Of a stretch of 64,000 nucleotides of DNA, positions 40,651 through 55,378 are shown in pieces (positions within the stretch are counted from its first letter, which is position 1; every line of letters begins with the position of its first letter). The notes below the pieces were generated by a model. It was not told the origin of the DNA and did no database searches. It worked only from the letters and a program-made list of their open reading frames with translations. This DNA comes from Octopus vulgaris (lineage: Eukaryota). Both the position numbers and the translations under genes were made by a program. The stretch lies in contig OX597816.1 in assembly GCA_951406725.2 (NCBI GenBank), positions 90,644,001-90,708,000 on the forward strand, written 5' to 3'.

Positions 40651-41164
40651 CACGATATACGCAAAAATAAACATAGATGATTTGTTTATAACAGTGAAAA
40701 GTCTTAGGTAGGAGCAGCTGCACGGTTTGGAAAAACCGATGGCATAAAAAATAACAAAAGAATAACGCGCACTTTACCACATACTCCATCAAACACCACT
40801 CATAAGCTAATATTTCGGGGTCACCTTCTCAAGGAAATATGCTTTAACTAAAGGTAAAATGTACCACGCTCCAAGTAGTCTCACTGCATCCTGAGCAAGG
40901 TCTGAAATAATAACTATCTGTTAGAACTCAATATATGCTTTAGTCTAAAGTGTCAGGTGAATATGAATTAATGACTGACAAAAGAACAAGAGTTACGTAA
41001 TCACTTTCATTAGGTTACCGATGTTTCAGAGATTTGAAACATTGGATTCGAGCTTAAAGCTTCCTCGGAGCAATGCAAATGAAGACTCCTAGTAGAATGT
41101 TACATATAGCAGAAACAGCTATAAGTCAATGAAAGCGATTACGTAACTCCCTTTCTTTTGACAT

Positions 41165-41166
41165 TC

Positions 41167-41197
<31 letters not shown>

Positions 41198-41242
41198 TAT
41201 ATATGCATATATATATATATACATACATATATATACATATAC

Positions 41243-41287
<45 letters not shown>

Positions 41288-41390
41288 CATATATATATAC
41301 ATATATATATATACCTATATATATATACATATATATATATACATACATATATATATATACATATATATACATACATACATACATACATAT

Positions 41391-41433
<43 letters not shown>

Positions 41434-41452
41434 CACACACTAATATATATAT
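41165..41452. repeat. Long mixed (TA)/(CA)/(TACA) low-complexity tract
   Basis: Direct reading. Confidence 0.95.
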
Positions 41453-41631
41453 AGGTATCTGTCTATGTTTATATATATATGCACAGAGAAAGAAAAAGAG
41501 AGAGATGTGGAGCGGGAGAGATTGAGAGTTGTCTATACTTATAACAAATAATTATGTCTAATATTTATATAAACAATTATCAGCAGATTTATATGTCTGC
41601 AAAGACATACATGCCAAAAGATGCTCGCACG

Positions 41632-41687
<56 letters not shown>

Positions 41688-42326
41688 TGTACACGCAGCT
41701 TGTGTGTACATGCTGCTTGTGTGTGTGTGTGTATTGCAAGCGATAGCACCTTGTAAAAACATCTACGATTTTAGCTTTTGTTTTTCATTCAAGATGGAGT
41801 TCACTTTTCATTTTTTTTCTTTATTTCAACATTTAAAGTTTTTCCAACTGATATCATGTCAAAATATGTAGAAAGTTTTCCAGCAGCTTCAATCCGAGAG
41901 TAGCTCTAGAAGGGTGTCAAATCTTGATCTGTTGTTATCTTATCAATATTAGGCTTTGAAGTGTGTTTGACGGGAGCTGAGGGGCAATAATGTCGGCTTT
42001 CTTTGGTCATTAAATGATTATCGTTGTTGTCTTTTGTTTATACAGTTACATAGATTTATACAGTTCGTAAAACCTTCCCTCAGCCATGATATGTAATCAG
42101 CTTTAATTAAAATGATGGCACGTAATAACAATAATTGATGCATGCTTAAATAAAGTTGTATAGTATGAGATCTAGCGTATAGCAAAGGGTGGTGTGATGT
42201 TGATGGCCCTACTGAGGTGGTAGTGAGGTAACGCTTATACTTCAGGAAGATTCTGTTGCGCTATTTGTTTTCAAGATTGTTTTACCAACTGTATACTCAC
42301 ACCGGGCGATGTGCGCGCGCGCACGC

Positions 42327-42365
<39 letters not shown>

Positions 42366-43276
42366 AAACACGTCTACACAAAACATACATTTACAGAGAA
42401 ATAGAAGCAGAGAAAATAAGAGATACGAGCTCATTTACACACATATTCACATATCTTTCTCTCTGTGTGATGATGTCTTTCTCCAGCTCTCTCTCTTTAC
42501 GCATACACACACACACACACACACATATATATATGCATGTGCATCGACAGGCATATATATGTATTTATGATAATTTTATATCTATATATTATAAGATTTG
42601 AGTTTGTCGGATAAAAATATGAAAGTGTTTTAGTTGTACAAACTTTCGAATGTGGAAAACATCAACTACTTAGAACAGGTAGAAAGGGAAATTAAAAATA
42701 ATCTGTGCTGATGAGATGGAGAGGTTACAGACAGTTTCAACTAGAATATCAGCTTGAAGATGACATATGGGAAAATAAGTATAACGGTAAGTTTATAAAG
42801 ACGTCTAGAGGGAGTTTAGGAAAATAAGAATTGAAGAATCTCACCAAAATACTTATCTCAAGATATCTGCTAGCTAGTCCATGCCAACATTTAGTTCAGT
42901 GTTATATGACATAAGACGAACATTCGCGAATCATTTATAGTAACTTCATAAGAAAGGCTCATTGCAAAAATAAATAAATAAATAATGATAAAAGTCGCGG
43001 GAAATAAAAGCACAAACACGAAATAAAGTGAAACGTTTGAAAGAAAAGGATTCGATATCGTATGTGTAGTAAGGAAAATGAAATTTAGCCTGATTTTCTA
43101 TTATTTCATCAAATACAAATGAAATTTAAGAAAATTTCATTACGCCGTAATGATCTTATTTGAAAATGTAAGTATTTTCACTGAATCAAAATGTAGAGGT
43201 TATTTGATGTTTGGAAGATTTATTGCTATTTATGGCAGAAAACAGTTATTGCCCCAGTATTCTTAATTATATATAA

Positions 43277-43522
43277 CTAGCAGCTAAGCCCGGTTTCAGA
43301 TCGTTTTTGTTTAGGCATAATCTATAACAGTGTTTCTCAACCTTATCATTTCGGGTCCCCTGTTTCGATTGGAGCCTCCCCCTTGTCAGAAAACAGCTTC
43401 AGGAGTTGTGAAGAAATAATTTGTACGTAGTCGGTTTCTGAGTGCTATTCTATTGAACCTTTGTCTAATCATTAAAACATTGATTTGAAATGGATGTGTG
43501 TGTGTGTATGTATGTTTGCGTG

Positions 43523-43597
<75 letters not shown>

Positions 43598-43948
43598 ATG
43601 TGTACTTACGCGTGTGAATGTGAGAGAGAAGAAGAGAGATAGCATAGCTAAAGTTTTGGCTGACTATCATCCTGTACTCCCCTTGTTGCTAGCGAAATGG
43701 TATATGCCGGCTGTGTGAGCAACTGGTTGTTTGAATGGCAGAACAAACAGGGGAATTCCATTATAAAAGTTTTAATCGATTTTCTCGGTAAGTATGGGGG
43801 CTAGGAAAAAAATACAAACCGCATTCCAATGTATGTACCCGTCTGCACGTGTGTGCCATTTTTCACGCGAATCCACCCAGCCGTTTGGCTGTGAACCTCA
43901 AGACAAGAAAGAATACAACGATCACCCATGTCCAATTTATATTATAGA
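43277..43948 (-). mobile_element. Non-autonomous Helitron with internal (CA)n
   Basis: The minus strand begins A|TCTATAATATAAATT and ends GAAACCGGGCTTAGCTGCTAG|T. This gives 5'-TC and 3'-CTAG termini, insertion between A and T, no TSD, and a GC-rich subterminal patch. Confidence 0.65.
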
Positions 43949-43954
43949 TAATTC

Positions 43955-44054
43955 ATATATTCTAAATATTAGTGGGGTTGGATTACCGACAATAAGTTGC
44001 GTCAGAGACACAACTTATGCCGATAATCCAACCCTGCTAATATTTAGAATATAT
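43955..44054. repeat. 100-bp near-perfect palindrome (tiny MITE or hairpin RNA candidate)
   Basis: 'atatattctaaatattagtggggttggattaccgacaataagttgcgtc-aga-gacacaacttatgccgataatccaaccctgctaatatttagaatatat'. Confidence 0.85.
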
Positions 44055-44523
44055 TCCTAAAACTGCTACAGAATGATACCTAGATAACTCTGGAATTAGT
44101 TATGTCTTTGAGATATTTTGGTTTTTATTGCAATATATTGTTTTTGATTGTGTTTGCTGCTTAAACGTGTTCTACTCTGGTCAAACAGATCAGTGTAATA
44201 ATATACATGTCTGTATGTTTGAATTGCGATTTCGCATGTAATAAATAATAAGAGACTGAATGGGTTAGATTTAACTCTGGGTGGTCTTTCATTTAAACTA
44301 CTTCAGTTACTGTCATTGTAATTTAAATCTAAGTAAGTCCTAATTTTCAAGATATATGATTAAGAGTATTTCAACCATGAATATTCTTTTTCTTTTTCAT
44401 AGACTTACTTCATCTAGAATTACATATCCTAATGTGTTCTTTTCTTTTTGAATAATCAGGATGAGATTTGAAAGAGATTTCACTGCCATTTTTAGCAGGT
44501 AAAGCGACTGCATGTATCCCTGA

Positions 44524-44591
<68 letters not shown>

Positions 44592-44806
44592 TTATGTATG
44601 TATGTATGTATGTATGTATGTATGTATGTATGTATGTATGTTTGTATGTATGTATGTACGTTTATCTTCCCCTCTCTTTCTACATACACGTATACATATA
44701 TGATGAAAATAATTTACAATTGTACAACTCTTTCCATATATCGGTACATTTTCCAAATGTTCGAAGGAAAACTATATACGGCAGCACACACACACACAAA
44801 CACACA

Positions 44807-44878
<72 letters not shown>

Positions 44879-44995
44879 CACAAACTCACACACAAACACA
44901 CACACACACAAAAACACACACTCACACACAAACACGCATACACACACACACACGCAAACGCAGATACACACACAAACGCAGATACACACACAAAC
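44524..44995. repeat. (TG)n(TATG)n tract and an opposed (CA)-rich tract
   Basis: Direct reading. Confidence 0.9.
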
Positions 44996-45184
44996 GCCCA
45001 GAGCTGAACAAATCGAAATAGAAATAGCAAATCTGAGACAAGTGACGTTTTACTGATATATACATAACGCATGGAGAGAACATTGACTAAACAAATTCAA
45101 AAACATTTACCAAATTTATGATTTAAAATTGTCTAATATACATCATTATGTTGCTTCCTTGCATTGTTGTAGCTTTCGATTGAA

Positions 45185-45385
45185 GCCATCCGTTGGTTAG
45201 GTGGGCAGACCAACACCCATGAACGGAACGCTAGTCCATCGCAAAGTTACCTATTTACAGCTGAGTGGATTGGAGCAACATGAAATGAGATGCTTTGCTT
45301 AAGAACATAACTCAGGTCTGAGCATCGAAAACACGATCTTGTAATTGTGAGTGCAGCATCCGACCCATTCCGCCGCGTGCCTTTA
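45185..45385 (-). mobile_element. SINE family C-related copy
   Basis: 'cagctgagtggattggagcaacatgaaatgagatgctttgcttaagaacataac...atcgaaaacacgatc' is the reverse of the family C head and core. Confidence 0.65.
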
Positions 45386-45461
45386 CCACACACACACACA
45401 AAATATCAAAAGGACATTAAACAGTTCTAATAAACAAACAATATCCAGAATGAACATAACG

Positions 45462-45492
<31 letters not shown>

Positions 45493-45557
45493 ATATTTCG
45501 GAATGGTCATATTGCCAGTTTAGCCAATAAAAAATCTTGCACAACAAATATTTAAAC

Positions 45558-45634
<77 letters not shown>

Positions 45635-45955
45635 TATATATACGCTTGGATGATCAGAATTCAGATTTTGTCTTCATTATTTACTTTATATGTGTTTGCT
45701 CTTAACCACATAGTTTCGGGTTCAGTCCCATTGCGCAGTACCTTGCAAAAATGTCTTCTATATATATCCCCGGACCAACCAAAGCCTTGTGAGGTGATTT
45801 GGTTGAGTAGAACTGATGAATCTGAAGATTGTAAATCGACCTAATTAAGGTGTCTACATGATATGAAGCTATTGGTAACCCTTATTTTAAAACTGTGTAC
45901 ATTAATGATATCTGTCTCACTTTTTTTATGATCCTACCACGACAGAACAGTAAAC

Positions 45956-46025
<70 letters not shown>

Positions 46026-46027
46026 CG

Positions 46028-46222
46028 ACATTACTGGTGCCAAGCTGTATCGGCCTTTACCTTTCTCTTTGATAATATCGCTGGCGTGGAGAGGGGAGGC
46101 TGGTGCATGGGAAACGGCAAATCTTCCATAAACAACTTTGCCCGGACGTGTACCTTGGAGGGCAACCTTCTAGGTGCAATCCCATGGTCATTCATGATCG
46201 AAGGGGTTCTTTACCTTTACTC
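46028..46222 (+). mobile_element. Probable 3' portion of a SINE or other retroposon
   Basis: GC-richer island between microsatellites that ends in a short tandem tail 'ctttacctttac'. Confidence 0.4.
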
Positions 46223-46398
46223 CTATGTATGTATATAAACAATTTCTTTCAAACATGTATATGTAAACAATTAAACATTAAATCGAATCACACAATACCT
46301 TGCTTCAGAGTATTGCATTTTGTTTTTGTAAGGAAAAAGTTGACAGATGTTGCAAAGTATCGGCTTAGTAGCCTTAATCAGACTGCACACACATAGAC

Positions 46399-46471
<73 letters not shown>

Positions 46472-46944
46472 TACATACACGCACACACAGAAGCACAGAA
46501 ATACACCACTCTCACACACATGTATATTTATATGTACAAGAGAATAATGGTATAGTCAGGCAAACAACTTGTATCAGGTCAGATTATGACACATATTCAA
46601 GTATTGACACAACGTACAGGTAGAATTGAATGTTATAGGAGTTTGGATTGACAAGAGGTCGATAGTAAATCAGCTGAGGAATGTTCATATGGAGGTATTC
46701 TCCCGGAATAGTTATACGGTAAAACCAAATTATTGGTATTAGGTAAAGCTGGTGATCGCAAAGAGAATCCAAAGTTGGATGAGGAGGTGTGTAGGTAGTT
46801 ACTACACATACACATGCATACACATGCACACACACACACACACACACATACATACATGCATAAATACACACATACACAGACACACACACATATATATATA
46901 CAAATGCATATGCATGCATGTGTAAATATATATATCCACAAATC

Positions 46945-47255
46945 GATTACAGCGACGAGGGTTCCAGTTGATCAAATCAACGAAACAACTTGCACGTGAA
47001 ATTAACGTGCAAGTGGCTGAGTACTACACAGACACTTGTACCTTTAACGTAGTGTGACAAGACTGGTCCTTTGAAATACAGGTACAACGGAAACAGGAAG
47101 AAAGAGTGAGAGAAAGCTGTGGTGAAAAAGTACAGCAGGGTTCGCCCCTTTCCCTGCCGGAGCCTCGTAGGTGTTTTCGCTCGGTCTGGAAATCCAAATT
47201 GCAATCCTACGACCGCAAGTCCGCTATCTTAACCACTGGGACATTGCGCTTCCAC
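46945..47255 (-). mobile_element. tRNA-derived SINE sharing its 3' region with family C
   Basis: 46945-47085 matches 58530-58700 ('gacgagggt..cag.tgat...cgtgaaattaacgtgcaa.tggctgag'). The minus-strand head is 'ggaagcgcaatgtcccagtggttaag'. Confidence 0.75.
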
Positions 47256-47547
47256 ATATAAGTATATATATGTAGATATATATTTACATATATGCATGCC
47301 TATACATTTGTATATACATGCATAAACACACACACACAAATATATATATATATATATACATACATGCATACATACATATTGTGTCTAATATAGGCACAAA
47401 ATCAGAAGTTTTTGGAAGAAAGGCTGAGTTGACCAAATCAACTCTAATACTTGCCTGATACTTATTTTATCGACTCCGAAACTACGAAAGGCAAAGTTTA
47501 CTTTGTGAGACTCTATTGAGTACTTCCCTCATTCGTTACTACCAGCA

Positions 47548-47584
<37 letters not shown>

Positions 47585-47596
47585 ATATACGTTATG

Positions 47597-47630
<34 letters not shown>

Positions 47631-47943
47631 TGTATGTATGTATGTATTTATATGCGGGTAGGGGTGTTGCATACTTGCGTAGAAATGTTAGTATGCGTGT
47701 GTAATATAACAATCAAAATACGTTTACAACGCTTACTTGAATTCGGGGTAATGTACTTGAAAATATATTTATATTTCTAATCTGTCGCTATGGGGGTTTA
47801 TTATTTTGTAAAACATTTGCTTGTTAATTTTCAGATGTGTTATGAATACATTGCATCAATATATTTGTAACCTACTGAAATATTTTTATTTTAGAATACC
47901 ATTCTGAAAATATGATTCACATGTTTACTAACTCCCTTTTTTG

Positions 47944-47978
<35 letters not shown>

Positions 47979-49149
47979 TTAGTATCAAAGTCATCATAAG
48001 TAAAGAAATTGAAAATCTAGGCACATGTACATGTGGCATCACTATGAATGTTATCTAAATAAAACAATTTCGTTTATAACCTTTTATTAATTTATTGGTT
48101 AAAGTAGCTCGATTGTTGATGTACAAAAACGGCCCTCATGTTCTACAAGTATACAATATATGGACACCGAACGAATGCGTGCAGAAAAGCTTCATCGATC
48201 AGGGCACATCTTGGACTGATGCAGATTTAGTTGCCTCAATGCCTGTAGAATCTCGAACTATAATGCTTTCCCATCATTCGGTTGCCCTGTTTGGTCGGAA
48301 CGTTTTGAAAGTTATCCATAATTCCCGAGCCGAGAATTCTCCGTTCTCGCCACCAACGTTTACACGGGAACGTCATCACTCTTTCTTAACACTATTACTT
48401 TAAAGAATGTTAGCGTGAAGTTCTATAAGCCTTATTGACGGATTGTTAGAGAACTGTGAGGACCTAACAATACTTTAAAGCCAAGGGCCTACTAATAGTT
48501 TTCGTTTCATTCAGAGCCGGATTTTATCAACAAAGACAAACTTTGGGGGAAAAAAATGTCTGACAAATGGTCATCGTCTAATGTATCCCTATAGATGCGC
48601 GCGTCATTTCTGCATATCGAAACATACTCGCGACAGATGAACAAGTTTAGTTGAACGCGTCTATAATAACATATTATTAGTTTCACTTAACTTAATCGAA
48701 GCTTTTACTTTAATCAAATAAGTTATTTAAATTAATTTTCTATAATCCTTAATTCATTACACATTTATTACTTCTCTTCTTTTCTCTAATGAACTTACTA
48801 TTTCATTTTGCGGGCATAACTTTTGTGTCGATCATATAAAGGTATGGGGAACTACATAATATGGCGTTTGTGAATAAATTTTCGGTGATATAAATCCAAA
48901 CAAATTTGAGTAACGCTACAAACTCTATAATAAAACTGCTGCAGATGGTCGCAGGTGTAGTGTATAATTGAAGCTATCTAATACCCGACACTTCCGTTTC
49001 CACCCTCCTTCATTGACATGCAGAATTACTTTCAAGACCTCTACTTGTAACGTCTACAGTTTAACCAAATATACATTAGCAAAGACCTATTTCAGAAATA
49101 AAGAAGTACACAAATTCACACACAAACACATGCTCATATGCATGAGCCT

Positions 49150-49780
<631 letters not shown>

Positions 49781-50832
49781 GAATGTATAGCCACATATAA
49801 ATCTCCTAATGTCAGAATAATAGAAAAAATATTTAAAAAAGCACCAAAATATATAGGATTCTGGAGTGTCAGAACATTAAACATAAAAAAATAGTCCCTT
49901 AAAGAGTATAAAAAAACAACCTTCTACCCACATGAATATTTATGACTATATGCTTCAATAAAAATGATATTTCGTGGATAACAGTTGAGTCTACTTGCAA
50001 CGAAGCACATAAAAGAAAACGCACGTGAATACTATTTGCCTTCGGCGTTATTTTGTTATTTTGATATAGATACATATATTAATATACACATTTCTGTGAG
50101 AAGCCAACACATTTTCATAAATTTAGACTTTGATCAGAAAAGGTAACAATAAATATATGAAAAAAAAAAGTTGAAATGATAAAGTAAGTAGCACTCTAGA
50201 AAGATAGAAACTGAAAATAGATAACTTCTCTAAGAAGAACCGTTTAAGTAGAAATAACAATATATACAATATTTTAAGAGCGAGGTAAGGATGTGTTTTT
50301 GGGATTATCTACTAAATACTTTTAATCAAGAGGAGGCCTTTCATAAAGATGTTAACTGGAGCAATGAGACCAGGATAATAAAGTAGGCAAGGTATAGTGA
50401 CTATGTGGGAGAAGTTCAATTTTACATGGGAGCTCAGGTTACTTTCGACTATATTCTCTGTTTGGTTGTCGAAACATTGGGAAGGCATCTTTGAGAGTGA
50501 ATCACTGAGATTACCACCCAGTGCGAATCCTTTGTAATTGTAAGTTTCTTTGTTTCATACGCCGAATAGTCAAGGCATATGAAAATATAAAAAAGAAAGA
50601 AGAAAAAAAAAAGAAAACAAGAAGGAATACAAAAACAACCGCAAAGTAAGCTACTTAAGCGGAATCCATTTTTCAGAAGGTGTGAGTTTTATGCTGCAAA
50701 GTCTCTTGCTCTATTGGTACAGAAATTTGGAATTCATTGAGAAAAATTCTGAGATAGACGAATGTCGGGCGAAATACTCTAAATACTGTCCCGGCCAAAA
50801 GAGTGTCGTACTAAATACAGCACATACATTAT

Positions 50833-51262
50833 CTTTTATTCTTTTACTTGTTTCAGTCATTTAACTGCGGCCATGCTGGAGCACCGCCTCGAAGGGTTTT
50901 AGTTGAACAAATCGAACCTACGATTTATTCTTTTTAAAGCCTAGTACTTATTCTATCAGCCGCTTTTACTGAACAGCTAATTTAACGGGGACGTAAACAC
51001 ACCAACACCGGTTGTCAAGCTGTGATGGGGGGACAAACACAGACACAAAGACACACACACACTGATACATACATACATGCATACATAATATTTATCTATC
51101 TATGTATCTCTCCCTCGATCTCTGTATATATATATATAGCTTCTTTCACTTTTCGCCTACCAAATCCACTCACAAGGCTTTGGTCAGCCCGAGGCTATAT
51201 AGTAGACACTTGCTCAAGGTGCGACGCATTTGGACTGAGCCTGGAACCATGTGGTTGGGAAG
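50833..51262 (-). mobile_element. SINE family B, reverse orientation, head truncated
   Basis: 'cttttattcttttacttgtttcagtcatttaactgcggccatgctggagcaccgcc...ccaaatccactcacaaggctttggtc...ggaaccatgtggttgg'. Confidence 0.85.
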
Positions 51263-51267
51263 CCTTC

Positions 51268-51340
<73 letters not shown>

Positions 51341-51849
51341 AACAAAAACAACAATAATAAACTGTTTCTTGGGATTTATAAAACTTGACAGGATTAGCTT
51401 GTTAAATTTCAGTGTTCATCGCGATAGGACATATAGGGCTATGTCAGTTGTATGACATAATCGATGTATGGCTATTTTGACATAGGAGTACGGCTGGAAT
51501 AATTGTGCATGAGCGTAAAGAATGTAAAGAAGGATTAGTGACTGAATGAAAATAAAAGAGATTGCACGATCTTTTTGTAGAGGAAGAGGTTACATTGCAT
51601 GCTGCGTCAAAGGAAGATCCGAAAAGATCACAAAAAGGACTGAAGTTGTACGAGAATATAAGCTGAGAGTAAAATGTTACAGAAAATTACTTTAGTTGTT
51701 ATATTAATTCAACAAAAACAAATTTAGTATTAAATATGAAGGAATGAATACTTAGTTGAACAAGGAAAATATTAAGAAGGATGGAGGGTTAATCTGTGGT
51801 ATATTGATATCAAGAATGCAAAAAGAGAGATGCTTTCTATTTGCAGTAA

Positions 51850-52060
51850 AGGTCAAACACTAACTGTGAAACCGGTAGAAATGATACAGATCGACAGAAA
51901 GGACTGCATGTCAACTCGATATAATTATGACCAGACATAAAATCGTTTCAATGATGAAAAGCAATATCGACCTCAGCGGGATTTGAATGCCGAGCATAAA
52001 GTCAGAAGAAATGTCGCTAAGTATTTTTGCAACGTGATAACCATTCTGCCAGCTCGCCGC
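51850..52060 (-). mobile_element. SINE family A, diverged
   Basis: 'gatgaaaagcaatatcgacctcagcgggatttgaa...cattctgccagctcgccgc'. Confidence 0.7.
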
Positions 52061-53434
52061 ATTCAATGATTATGTAATATTACAACATATACTATGTAAT
52101 CCATGTATATCTCGTCAAAGGAAGACCACATATATTTATATATGTACACACACACACACGCACGCGCGCGCTCATATATAAATCTTAAGAAATATCGTAT
52201 ATAAAACAGGTTACTTTAGGACAAAATATAATGTACAATTATAAAGTAAAAACTGAATCAGAAAGCGAAAGGTGAATCACATGGACGGTTAAGAAACATA
52301 AGTCTTCGAGCAGAATAATGATTTAATTATTTAGGCAACTAAGACAAACATATTTATAATGATAAACATCTAAATGAATGATCTAACAAGTAATAATTTT
52401 GATATGTTGTGAATGTGAATCGCAAACCTAAGTTTGAGAATACTAACTCTTCAAGTTTACTGCTTTGAAAACGTGTATTTAAATTCCTTGGAAATGATAT
52501 ACAAATGTTTTAGGGCAAAGATTTGTTGATGCTATGATGTAGGTAAAATCGTCTTGAAAATTAATAAATTCCATTTTTCTAAATTCTATGATTTAAAAAT
52601 ATTTTCTGATTACTTAAGAAATAAATTTCGAAGAGGATTTTCTTTAAAAATCTACATAAGTTCATAGTTTTTGTAATTTACTAAAGGTTAATTACAAAAG
52701 ATATAAAATGGCTATAGAAAATTGATCACATATGATGGGATTCTTCGATACTGAGAGAACAGGAAAACATAAAACGGGAACGAAAATAACATCAGAAAAC
52801 AAGTGCAGATAAAATAACAGGAAATCAGATGATTCAAGGTTTCGGAACACATGTCTAAGTACAACTAAAGCTTTCAAAGAAACCTCCCAGAATAGTTTTA
52901 CCGGGAACTTTGTAAAAACAGATATCAAAGTTAAAGAAGCATTCGTTTAAATAAAAATAAGGAAATACTTAAGAAATATATAGAGTAAAGCACTCAGCCA
53001 GTAACATAAGAGACATGAAAATAAGAGAAAAACAGAGAAAGGCGCAGCAATCAAAAAGAATATCGGCCAAAAGTATAGCATAAGAAACAAAAAAGAAAAA
53101 GAAGAGGAAAAGAAAGGCAAGAAAAAATCTCTAGAAATAACGAAAAATAACGAAATTTAGAATAATTAGAAACTGCAGAGTTTGAGGGTCTAGATAACAT
53201 TAACGACTCCAGTGTATAGAATGATATATATATGAAATTTATGTGGATGACCGATGACTCTTCTCTGTGATGACTCTTCTCTATTTACTTTCATGGAATA
53301 ACTATTATATTTTATTGCAAAGAAAAAATCCTAAAACCCTCTTTAGAACCACCACGTCAACGATCAGTATTAATACAGATAATGGTCTTGATATTAAAGA
53401 GTTTGAACATTCACTCACATACGTACATATATAC

Positions 53435-53607
53435 ATGCTGAAAAGTTCCTGACTTTAAGGATATCGCGAAAGGCCTGGTTTTAGGCCCAAAATGCCGCTG
53501 CAATAAGTGTGTGAATCTGAGAGGGAAATATGTTGAATAAAATCATAATTAACTGATCCTGTATTTTCTTCTGTCCAATGTCAAGAACTTTTCAGCATCC
53601 TCTCGTA
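53435..53607 (+). mobile_element. Mariner-derived MITE with terminal inverted repeats
   Basis: TIRs are 'atgctgaaaagttcctgac' and 'gtcaagaacttttcagcat', and the right end is 'cctctcg|TA'. The interior encodes RCNKCVNLRGKYVE*, a mariner transposase C-terminus. Confidence 0.8.
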
Positions 53608-53955
53608 CATGCATACATATACACAAACATGCTAATATGCAAGCAAATAAAGAAGAGAAAGAGGATAACTCCCGCTTCTATATCCTGATTATGTCTTCAG
53701 ATTATACCAATAAAAATTGTTACTCTGGCTTTAGCAAGCAAAAGCCTGAAAAAGAAACCAGCTAACTTGAAGATACTAAAACAATCTGTAAGCGGAATTG
53801 TAAAAGTATGCAAAATTTTCCTCAAATTCAAAATGTGAATTTGTTTTTGTTATTTACATTCCAGCGGTAAGTTTTGAACCTTTGTTTGAGACCAGCTCCT
53901 TCCTCCAGGAAGATTTCATATCAATTAAAGTAAAAGAGAACGTGTATACACACGG

Positions 53956-54007
<52 letters not shown>

Positions 54008-54280
54008 ACACACATACACACACAGGCGCGCGCGCACACACAAACACATACGTACACATTCACATACGCACGCACACACAATCACACACACACACACTCA
54101 CACACAAACGTATACACACGTTCTTCTATATGTATAAATACATGCTCATATGCAAGCACACCCATGTACATATGTATATATATGTACATATATGTGTGTG
54201 TGTATGTATATATATATATGTGTGTGTGTATGCATGTGTGTATGTATGATACGGGACATCGGTGGCCAAACCGTGTAAAC

Positions 54281-54320
<40 letters not shown>

Positions 54321-54829
54321 GACTTACAAACGATTGCCATCTAACAAAATCGAAAGTCGTTGTTCGATCTGGGGATATAGAAACAGGCATTTTTTCAGTG
54401 TACCAATGTAGTGGAACCGAAGAAACTATCTGGTTGCGAAGCGAACGTCCAAACGAGACCTCTATGCCGTCAATGCAAATAATATCGCTACAAAATTATG
54501 ATGCTATTTATATTTAACCACACGCTACATAAAAAGAAAAAAACAAATCTAAGTGGAAAACAGAAAAATACATAATAATTTCCAAATCAGCGCTTAGGAC
54601 AGAAATTATTTAAGACTTAATCAGCTCAGTGTCTAAAAGTTTATACTTGCGGCACTGCAGCGCAAAAATCACAATCGAGAAAGTATATGAAAATGTAAAT
54701 AAACAATTGGTAATGACAGCATATTGAGACCTTTTCTCTTAAACAGCATTGATCACGTTTTATCAAGATGTTTGGCTCTCGCATAGTCAAAGTGTATACA
54801 GGCTGAATAACTTGATACTTTTCCGGGAA

Positions 54830-55180
54830 GGCTGTGTGGTAAGTAGCTTGTTTATCAACCACATAGTTCCGGGTTCAGTCCCATTGCGTGGTACCTTGGG
54901 CAAGTGTCTTCTACTAGTGGATTTGGTAGACGGAAATTGAAAGAAGCCCGCCGTATATATGTATATGTATATGTGTGTGTGTGTGTTTGTCCCCCCACAA
55001 CATCGCTTGACAACCGATGTTGGTTTGTTTACGTCCCCGTAACTTAGCAGTTCGGCAAAAGAGACCGATAGAATAAGTACTAGGCTTACAAAGAATAAGT
55101 CCTGGTGTCGATTTGCTCGACTAAAGGCGGTGCTTCAGCATGGCCGCAGTCAAGGAAAAGAGTAAAAAGTATAAAAGAGA
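54830..55180 (+). mobile_element. SINE family B
   Basis: Colinear with 34903-35343 apart from small internal deletions. Confidence 0.85.
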
Positions 55181-55378
55181 AAATTTTCAACATCAAGAAA
55201 ATTCTTTGCCTTAGTTTCATTAGTATCAATCTTCTGTATTTTATTTTTCAATACAAGAATTTACAGTTACACATAAATGCATATGCTTGACTTATATCAA
55301 AATTAATGGAATAGTAGACGAATAATATGCATATTTGGAGAAAATATATAAAGACGTAGAAATATTATGAAATAGATA

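Noticed and set aside
42840-42900. Second candidate upstream exon (TG|gtgaga donor on the minus strand)
   Set aside because: There is an in-frame stop three codons upstream and no hydrophobic signal peptide.
48100-48660. GC-richer block possibly encoding a Tc1/mariner N-terminal HTH on the minus strand
   Set aside because: The motifs are too degraded to support a call without a profile search.
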